This document shows positions 20,394 through 27,648 of a stretch of 64,000 bases of DNA, piece by piece. Within the stretch, counting starts at the first letter, position 1. Every line of letters begins with the position of its first letter. The translations under genes and the position numbers were made by a program. This DNA comes from Barthelona sp. PCE (Eukaryota), in NCBI GenBank assembly GCA_040285745.1, contig JAUFOR010000001.1:1178001-1242000 (forward strand). The letters are read 5' to 3'. A model generated the notes under the pieces. It was not told the origin of the DNA. It made no database searches and saw nothing but the letters and a program-made list of their open reading frames with translations.

Positions 20394-21836
20394 ATGAGCG
20401 AATCACAACCCAAAGCACAATTTATTAGACCAAAGAATCTTATGGTCACCATTTCAGGAATTAGAGGAGTTCCAGGACGTAACCTAACCCCTCCTACCAT
20501 TACCCGTTATGTTTGGGCATACGCAAAGGTTATTGACAGACCTAACAAGAAGATTATCGTTGGAAGAGACTCTAGAATCACAGGTCCTTACGTTAAGGAT
20601 CTTGTTGTGTCCACTCTTATTGCTGCCGGTTGCGAAGTGATCGACTGTGACATCATTAGCACACCTGGAGTACAAATTCAAGTTCAACAGCATAATGCTG
20701 GCGGTGGTATCGTCATAACTTCCTCACATAATCCAAAGAACATGAATGGACTCAAGTTCATTGGGTCAGATGGGCTTTTCTTGGACCCCCAGTTGTGTAC
20801 ACGTCTTTATGACATGGCTGAAAATCATCTTGATGAAGTTGTTAACGATGAAGATAATGTAATGGGTACATATACACGCCAGCCTGCCGCCGACATCACT
20901 CACAGGACGCTCATCAACGAGTTACCCTTTATTGATCGTGACATGATTCGTGCGAAAAATTTCAAGGTTGCTATTGATACTGCTAATGGAGCAGGTGGTC
21001 CCATCTACAAGATGATGTTGCATAACTTTAACTGTGAAGTCAAAAGTATTAATTTTGAACCAAATGGAGAATTTGCTCATAACCCTGAGCCTACACCTGC
21101 ACATTTAACAGATTTATGTGAGCTAGTCAAGGCAGAAGGATGTGATGTAGGTTTTGCTGCTGATCCCGACGTTGACCGTTGTGTCGTTGTTGATGAGACC
21201 GGTGTTTGTGTTATGGAAGAGTATACACTTGCTTTGGCTTTGAAATTAATGATTACTAATGGGTATGATAAGCCTTTTGTGAAGAATATGTCCAGTTCAG
21301 GTATCACTAACGTATTATGTGAGAAGGCTGGTATTACAGTTCACGAAAGTCCCGTTGGTGAAATCCAGGTTGCCAAGAAAATGGAAGCAGTTGGTAGTTG
21401 GTTCGGTGGTGAAGGCAATGGAGGCGTTATGGCTCGTGACCTGCACATAGGAAGAGATGCACCTCTCGCACTCTCCATGGTACTTATGCTTATGACTCTT
21501 GAGGATAAGCCACTTTCTAGCATTATCGCTGAGATGCCTGTTGCAAACATGGATAAGCAAAAGGTTAATGTTAACGATCCAACCGAAACAATGGAGAAGT
21601 TTGAAGCACTCGTTGAGAGTGGTCATTTTGAGAACTGTCAAGTTATTGGTGGAGATGGTATTAAGCTTATTTTCCCTGAGAAGAGTTTTTGGGTACATGT
21701 TCGTAAATCAAATACCGAACCTATTGTTCGCGTTATTGGTGAAATTGTTTCTATGCCTAATGATCCCGTTGAAGAAACTCAAGCAACTTTGCAACGTGAG
21801 ATGAAAAGTTTTGTTGAGCTTGTTTCAGAACTTTAA
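20394..21836 (+). CDS. Alpha-D-phosphohexomutase (bacterial-type PMM/PGM or GlmM-like)
   Basis: ISGIRG, GRDSR, catalytic TSSHNP, metal-binding DPDVDR, sugar-binding GGEGNGG, GRDA and RKSNTEP. ATG at 20394. Confidence 0.92.
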   Translation: MSESQPKAQFIRPKNLMVTISGIRGVPGRNLTPPTITRYVWAYAKVIDRPNKKIIVGRDSRITGPYVKDLVVSTLIAAGCEVIDCDIISTPGVQIQVQQHNAGGGIVITSSHNPKNMNGLKFIGSDGLFLDPQLCTRLYDMAENHLDEVVNDEDNVMGTYTRQPAADITHRTLINELPFIDRDMIRAKNFKVAIDTANGAGGPIYKMMLHNFNCEVKSINFEPNGEFAHNPEPTPAHLTDLCELVKAEGCDVGFAADPDVDRCVVVDETGVCVMEEYTLALALKLMITNGYDKPFVKNMSSSGITNVLCEKAGITVHESPVGEIQVAKKMEAVGSWFGGEGNGGVMARDLHIGRDAPLALSMVLMLMTLEDKPLSSIIAEMPVANMDKQKVNVNDPTETMEKFEALVESGHFENCQVIGGDGIKLIFPEKSFWVHVRKSNTEPIVRVIGEIVSMPNDPVEETQATLQREMKSFVELVSEL

Positions 21837-21905
21837 TCAATAAAGTGTAACACTGTTTGATAGGTTTCTATTTATTATCATATGATAAGATATGGGAAGA
21901 GAGGA

Positions 21906-22913
21906 TTAAGGGAATAGTTCTTTAGCGCGACGCCAGTATTTCTTACGATCTTCGAGACCGTTGTAACCACCGTTAACACGTTTGGTAATCTTGCTAACAT
22001 CAGTGGGGTATTGATCGCAAAGTCTGTTCATACCATTGTTCTGCCACCACCACATAGCGCTTGAAATGGGATAGTTAGCTGCAACATATTCACAACCTTG
22101 TGACATAATCTTGTTATCGCCTAGAGATTTGGCAAAACCTTGATAGTTACATTTACCAGTTAACTGGATAGCACCAGCACCTCTGAACTTACTGCAACAG
22201 GTTCCAAAACAATCCTCCATACAGAGAGACTTTCTACCACAAAGATAAGAACCGGAGCTAATCTCCTTTAACCAACGAAGACAGCCACTTTCGTGCATGA
22301 TCTGAGATAAAAAGTGACGAATACGACCGTTATTAGTATTGATACCATACTTGGCCATATTATCATTCAAATCCTTCAGCTGAACAGCGGAAATATCCTT
22401 CTTGCACATTTGCTTCCATTGAGCATGTGTGATACCATCAATTACATCACCACCATCATCATCATGAGCATCTTCAATTGATATGTATGTAGCAGAGGCA
22501 CAGCCTGATAATGAATCGGTTTTAAGTTTCATCCAACCACTGACATCCTCATCTACGACATCAACAACGTCTCCTTGATAGAGAGCACCAATTTTGTTGT
22601 AAACAGTAGAACAACCTGAACGAACATTAAGAGCACTTGCTGTAACACGACCCTTCTTAAAAAAGAGGGTGATGTAGTTTGCGTGGGCATAACCCAAAGT
22701 GTTATCCTTTTTGATTTTGTACCAAGTTCCTTCCTTGGAAAGAAGTTGTACTTCAGTATCTCTGTTTAGCTTGACAACGACTGAATAATGGGTACCAGCG
22801 CCCGATCTGATGTTGAGGGAGCTAGCAGTGATTCGGCCATAACCGATACCGGAAGCACTGACGCTAACAAAAACAACAAACAGTAAGAGCATTGCAAAAA
22901 TAAAGTTTTTCAT
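21906..22913 (-). CDS. Secreted peptidoglycan-hydrolase-like protein: signal peptide + 2x SH3b + GH19 lysozyme/chitinase domain
   Basis: Signal peptide MKNFIFAMLLLFVVFVSVSA. SH3b repeats LNIRSG...WYKI...GYAHANYI and LNVRSG...WMKL. GH19 motifs FLSQIMHESG, RGAGAIQLTGKCNY and ITKRVNGGYNGLEDR. Confidence 0.92.
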   Translation of the reverse strand: MKNFIFAMLLLFVVFVSVSASGIGYGRITASSLNIRSGAGTHYSVVVKLNRDTEVQLLSKEGTWYKIKKDNTLGYAHANYITLFFKKGRVTASALNVRSGCSTVYNKIGALYQGDVVDVVDEDVSGWMKLKTDSLSGCASATYISIEDAHDDDGGDVIDGITHAQWKQMCKKDISAVQLKDLNDNMAKYGINTNNGRIRHFLSQIMHESGCLRWLKEISSGSYLCGRKSLCMEDCFGTCCSKFRGAGAIQLTGKCNYQGFAKSLGDNKIMSQGCEYVAANYPISSAMWWWQNNGMNRLCDQYPTDVSKITKRVNGGYNGLEDRKKYWRRAKELFP

Positions 22914-23401
22914 GTTAAATTTGATTAATAACACCAAAACAAAAGCTTGAAGAGATGAAAAATGTATGAAAAGGGAAAAAACTCGATTTCAGGTATTTGA
23001 CACGTGAAAGTGGTCTTCAGCCTTACCATGCATCGCTTTCGGTCACATGTGTCCGACTATATTCGGTGTGCTGAAAGATATATGTTTTGTGCAGGAATTG
23101 TAGAATATTTCTTTGAAAAAAATCGAAACTTTAAGTTGATGGGATATAGGTAGGACAGGCTCCATCTAAATGTAACCGGGGGCGTGATGTCACACTAATA
23201 AGACCCATAAATATTGTAAACTAATAAGTCTAAAATTCACTGTTTTGAAAGTATTTTAAGGGTTTAGAGTCCGGCGCAAGTCCTTTTTAAGCTAAATTAG
23301 AGCCCCCACAGAGACAAGAACTGCTAACGCTAACTGTGCTACTAACTTTTTGTTATTTGCTATTTACACCCTTTTCATTCTTTGTTTTATCTCAGTTGGC
23401 T

Positions 23402-23821
23402 ATGAGAAAGAAGGTCGGACCCAGAAATAAGGTCTCAGGTAAGAGTGTCGAGCAACCAGTTGATGAAACTGAACAGGTTAAACCCAAGGTTAAGAAAGCT
23501 AAGAAGCGTGTCCCAACCATGCAAAACAGAATGAAGAAGCTTCAAGAGACTGATTCTTTAATTATGACTAAAGCACCTTTTGTTCGGTTAATCAGAGAAT
23601 TATCTCAACGTTATGCCAAATCTTTACGTTTTACATCAGACAGTTTAATGATGTTACAACAAGCAGGTGAACAAATGTTGCATGAAGTATTTGAGAACGC
23701 TCAAAGAGGAGCTATTCATGCTGGTCGTATCACAGTTTCTTCACGTGATATTAAGCTATACATGCAGATGACAAAGCCCAGATGGTGTAAGTTGAACAGT
23801 GAAGATGAGGATGATGAATAA
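23402..23821 (+). CDS. Divergent histone H3 variant (CenH3 candidate)
   Basis: Histone fold LIMTKAPFVRLIRELSQ..LRFTSDSLMMLQQAGE...AIHAGRITV..RDIKL. Non-canonical Lys-rich N-tail and acidic C-tail; 139 aa. Confidence 0.85.
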   Translation: MRKKVGPRNKVSGKSVEQPVDETEQVKPKVKKAKKRVPTMQNRMKKLQETDSLIMTKAPFVRLIRELSQRYAKSLRFTSDSLMMLQQAGEQMLHEVFENAQRGAIHAGRITVSSRDIKLYMQMTKPRWCKLNSEDEDDE

Positions 23822-23846
23822 ACAATAATAGAAGATATGAACTATT

Positions 23847-25445
23847 TTATTTACACTTGCTGGTATTAGTAGGATCGGTACAACCAAGATCTGGTGCAGG
23901 GCCCTTAATATCATACTGTTGGTCCCATTCATCACCTTCCATAATAGCTACAAGTCGTCCAACAACAGCAATAGGAGTAAATCTAGAATCAGCCTTGACA
24001 CTAGGTGGATTATTATTCCATCTGTTAATAATTGTTTTTAAATCAACGTTATCAAATGAATCAATTACTTGTGATGTATCTTGGCCTAATACTTCTGGTG
24101 CGGCACCTACATTAGTTGTTAAAACTGGTATTCCTAATGCATTGGCTTGAGAAAACACACAACCAAAGGCTTCACACCCGATCGCAGGGTACAGATACCC
24201 AAGCGAAGTGGCTATAGTTTCAGTAAATTGAGATTCAGTCATTGGAGACTTATAAATAATATTATCATGATTAGTGTGATGACCACCAAAAGAATATGAA
24301 GGACCAGTTACCCATAAGCTATATTTGTCAGCCTTTAGTTGATCAATTACTAAACGTTCTGCTATTTTACGAGCATCAGAATGTGCTGAACCAAAAAATA
24401 ATCTTTTTAGATCACGTTCACTATGCGGTTTATAAGTCATTAATTCTCGATCTAAAACATTGAATAACACATCATACGTCATCTTCTTTTGATCGACATT
24501 ACTAACATGTTTTTTCATCTCTAAGGTATGCCACTGACTAACCCCCATAAAGACAAATCTCTTGGTGGATTCTTTTCTGACTGCATTCGTAAAGGTACCT
24601 TGTGCTCCAGTAAGATGTCTGGCTTGTGTTGCATAGTGTGCATCATGTGATTGCCAACCTAATAATGGTGAATCGAAAGTTTGTGCTACTTTTAGAAGAA
24701 CTGGTGGCTCTCTTTCTGCAATAGTAAAATAAGGCTTGCTAAAGTAACTTAAGGGGGCAATTACTGCACCACTGGGTGATTTCATAACACTCCCTCTGTA
24801 ACGTTGACATGTAAAACCAATTGTCATTCCTGCACCAGCTGCGTATTCAATTAGGCGATACATTGTCTTTTGATAGCAACCTCCGCTTCCCGATAGCGTC
24901 TGTTGCCAGCCCTTGCAATGATGTGGTTCGGATGACACGAATAATACAAGTGGGTTACGAGTATCGTTTGCACTATAACCAGTCTTAGTATATAATGCTT
25001 TGATGCGGTGGCCATGGGATGCACACGTGTCAATGTTTGTGTTACAAAACTGTGACAGATCATCATCAGTCGTATCAGTTTCATGTTCGTGAGTTTCCTC
25101 ATGAGTATCATCCCCTGATTCATGTTCATCCTCGGTATCATGCCCAGTGTCATGTGTGGTGTCTCCTTCGGTGTCTGATTCGTTTTTCTTATGAGTAACA
25201 GTATGAGTTGGCAAACATGTGCATCCTTGCCCTTCAACATAAATAGCATATGTATCTGCGGTTTGGCAGTGGCAGAACTGGGTCGTTTTATCCTCAGTAT
25301 GGATGATTGTTTTGTTAGTCATAATTAACATGAAGAGAACAAAAACAAAAAACCCCAAAAGTAAAACAAATTGTTTGTTGAATCCCTTACCTGATGACCG
25401 TCTCGTTAGAGAGGGTTTACTCCCGGTTGTTAACTTGGTAACCAT
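23847..25445 (-). CDS. GT-B glycosyltransferase (GT4-like) with type II membrane anchor and His/acidic stem
   Basis: N-terminal TM helix. EAFGCVFSQANALGIPVLTTNVGAAPEV resembles the GT4 nucleotide-sugar motif E.FG....EA...G.PV.....G..EV. Confidence 0.75.
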   Translation of the reverse strand: MVTKLTTGSKPSLTRRSSGKGFNKQFVLLLGFFVFVLFMLIMTNKTIIHTEDKTTQFCHCQTADTYAIYVEGQGCTCLPTHTVTHKKNESDTEGDTTHDTGHDTEDEHESGDDTHEETHEHETDTTDDDLSQFCNTNIDTCASHGHRIKALYTKTGYSANDTRNPLVLFVSSEPHHCKGWQQTLSGSGGCYQKTMYRLIEYAAGAGMTIGFTCQRYRGSVMKSPSGAVIAPLSYFSKPYFTIAEREPPVLLKVAQTFDSPLLGWQSHDAHYATQARHLTGAQGTFTNAVRKESTKRFVFMGVSQWHTLEMKKHVSNVDQKKMTYDVLFNVLDRELMTYKPHSERDLKRLFFGSAHSDARKIAERLVIDQLKADKYSLWVTGPSYSFGGHHTNHDNIIYKSPMTESQFTETIATSLGYLYPAIGCEAFGCVFSQANALGIPVLTTNVGAAPEVLGQDTSQVIDSFDNVDLKTIINRWNNNPPSVKADSRFTPIAVVGRLVAIMEGDEWDQQYDIKGPAPDLGCTDPTNTSKCK

Positions 25446-25958
25446 CGTAAAAAGTGTAAGAAAGATGAAAACATGTCACTTTGTAACTGTGAATATGTAG
25501 AGTGCATGTGAAGAAGATTCCAACCACATGGTGTGGTCAAAAATCAGTTTAATTTGTATTTATTTTTTACCCATTACAAATCAAGTTTTTTCAGTAGTAA
25601 CCCGTGGAAGAGCACACTGTACTGGGAACAAGAACATGAAGGATATTTAAGTAGCATTTTAAAGAAAAACTAATAAGCGCCGTAATTTTTTTACAAAGCT
25701 TCACATCATTTTAAAAGCTGTAAGCCAACTGTTCCTCGTGCATTACCGCGTTAATAGGACTATATTTTTGCAGAATCCTCTAAGGGATCACTGGCAATTT
25801 TTTTTTTGCCATATGTGAGTTAGAGAAAAATCTACCGCACAAACGGTAGGTACTGTGTCAGAAAGCGGTTGCGCATCAACGGAACACCTCTAAATTCAAC
25901 GTTTTTACTATATCCCTATTATATCCCCTTTTCGCTATTGTAAGCCTTCAATTTGCAC

Positions 25959-26978
25959 ATGAACATCCAAGGAATCGGAAACGCGTTCTGTGAGCAGTTT
26001 TACAACATGATTGCATTCGCCCAAAGTGAGAAAATCGGGCAGATGTGCTCCGACAACATTGTAATGGAGTTTGCTACCCCCAATATGGAGGTATCCGAGA
26101 CATACGAGGGCAGAGATGCCGTCACTGCCAAATACGTTGAAATTTTTGGCACTATCGATGATATGAGCTTCAGTATCGATCATGTTGATGCGATTAAGCC
26201 CATTGGCCAGTTAGAGCAGAACGTTCTTGTGTTCTCCATTCATGGTACTGTTTGGACTGGAGAAGAAAATTACGGAACTTTTGTTCAAACAGTTTCTCTT
26301 TCTGGTGAGAAATCTTTTTATGCTATTGGTTTTATTTTCCGTTGGATCCAATTACCCGAACCAATTGTTGAGGAGATTGTTTTTGAAGCACCCGTTCTTG
26401 AAGAACCTGTTATCGAAGAACCTGTTATCGAAGAACCTGTCGAAGAAGTCGTTGAAGAAGTCGTTGAAGAAGTTGTTGTAGATGAACCCGTAAAGGTTGA
26501 AGAAACAGTTGAGGAACCTGTTGAGGAACCTAAGAAGAAACGTCGTCGTAACCGTAAACGTAAGAAGCCAGTCTTTACAGTGGATTCACTTCATGATGGT
26601 TTCAGAACTCATAACCGTGTTAATGGTCTATATGTTCGTCTTCCTAACTTTGTTGAAGAAGAAGATCTTTCAGTTTTCTTTGAGCAATTTTATGATGGTG
26701 CTGCTTCTATCGAGATTAGATCTAAGCATACCCCTGGTAAGCCCGTACTCAAGTGGGCCACCATCATGCTCAGCAACCCTGCTAAGCATAAGGATGTTTT
26801 GAATGATACAATTCGTCTTAATGGCAACGAATTGCAATTTGAGGAATCCAAGGCTGCTAAACAATCTCGTAAGAGAGGTTCTCGTCGTCCTGTGAAGCCT
26901 ACCGCAGTTGTTAACGGTCGTGAAGTCAAGCCTAACGGTGAAAACAAGAAACGTAAGAGAAATAGAAAATCTGAGTAA
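25959..26978 (+). CDS. NTF2-like plus RRM protein (G3BP/Rasputin/Bre5-like)
   Basis: N-terminal IGNAFCEQFY...GRDAV...IDHVDA...FVQTVSL (NTF2), an acidic EEPV-repeat linker, then an RRM-like segment (LYVRLP..WATI) and a basic tail. Confidence 0.75.
   Translation: MNIQGIGNAFCEQFYNMIAFAQSEKIGQMCSDNIVMEFATPNMEVSETYEGRDAVTAKYVEIFGTIDDMSFSIDHVDAIKPIGQLEQNVLVFSIHGTVWTGEENYGTFVQTVSLSGEKSFYAIGFIFRWIQLPEPIVEEIVFEAPVLEEPVIEEPVIEEPVEEVVEEVVEEVVVDEPVKVEETVEEPVEEPKKKRRRNRKRKKPVFTVDSLHDGFRTHNRVNGLYVRLPNFVEEEDLSVFFEQFYDGAASIEIRSKHTPGKPVLKWATIMLSNPAKHKDVLNDTIRLNGNELQFEESKAAKQSRKRGSRRPVKPTAVVNGREVKPNGENKKRKRNRKSE
26400..26530 (+). repeat. Coding tandem repeats (GAAGAACCTGTTATC and GAAGAAGTCGTT units) encoding EEPVI/EEVV
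   Basis: 15-nt and 12-nt units are directly visible in tandem. Confidence 0.8.
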
Positions 26979-27016
26979 TGGTTATTAATAGTAAAGACCG
27001 TATGTATTTATTTATT

Positions 27017-27577
27017 TTAATTTTCTAATTGAGATTCTATTATTTCCATACATTTTAAACGATTTTTTCCATTAATTTGAAATAATGGTAAAATATGTTC
27101 ATTGGAAAATTGTGTTAAGGCTAAAGATGATACAATTCTATTGAATATATCATCAATATGTGTTGCTACAAGTACAATATCTACACTTTCATCGTCTTTA
27201 TGTAAACGCTGAACTGATTTTTTCATATGTTCAAAGGACTTTTGATTCGTGCAGTCACAAAAGATTAAGAAGCAATAATTATGCGCTTTTAGGGTCTGTA
27301 CTGCGAACGGGGAGCCTCCCAAACTCGCTGAACAATCGATAAACTCAATTATGTGATCTTTAAACTGTGCAGTAATTGCTGTAAGACCAAAAGGTGGTAT
27401 TGTAGTCCTTAGTAGTGTTTCTAAGAACTGTGTGCATCCAACGGCAGAGAATCCCAACAAAAAAAAGTGCTTTGTGGTGCTATCATAAGTAGTAAAACAT
27501 GGTTTAATATCATGAGATTCTGTATTTGTTATTGTAGAAGCATTTGTGGGCGCTGTTGAGGTATTTTCGTGTTCCAT
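27017..27577 (-). CDS. Divergent Ras-superfamily small GTPase-like protein (likely pseudo-GTPase)
   Basis: G1-like LLGFSAVGCT, G3-like IEFIDCSA, FLIFCDCTNQKSFE, G4-like LVATHID and G5-like QINGK. Confidence 0.7.
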   Translation of the reverse strand: MEHENTSTAPTNASTITNTESHDIKPCFTTYDSTTKHFFLLGFSAVGCTQFLETLLRTTIPPFGLTAITAQFKDHIIEFIDCSASLGGSPFAVQTLKAHNYCFLIFCDCTNQKSFEHMKKSVQRLHKDDESVDIVLVATHIDDIFNRIVSSLALTQFSNEHILPLFQINGKNRLKCMEIIESQLEN

Positions 27578-27648
27578 ACAAGAATTACATGAGTGAAAGT
27601 TGTAAGAAAACGTAAAACAGATACTTTGTCGTTTTTGCAGTCTTTCAC

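Noticed and set aside
23038-23056. Imperfect palindrome TCGGTCACATGTGTCCGA, plus small hairpins at about 25790-25850
   Set aside because: Short, isolated and not repeated in the window; cannot be supported as regulatory sites.
23320-23395. Repeated CTAAC motifs upstream of the H3 variant
   Set aside because: None is followed by AG at the fixed spacing, and no donor or upstream exon was found.
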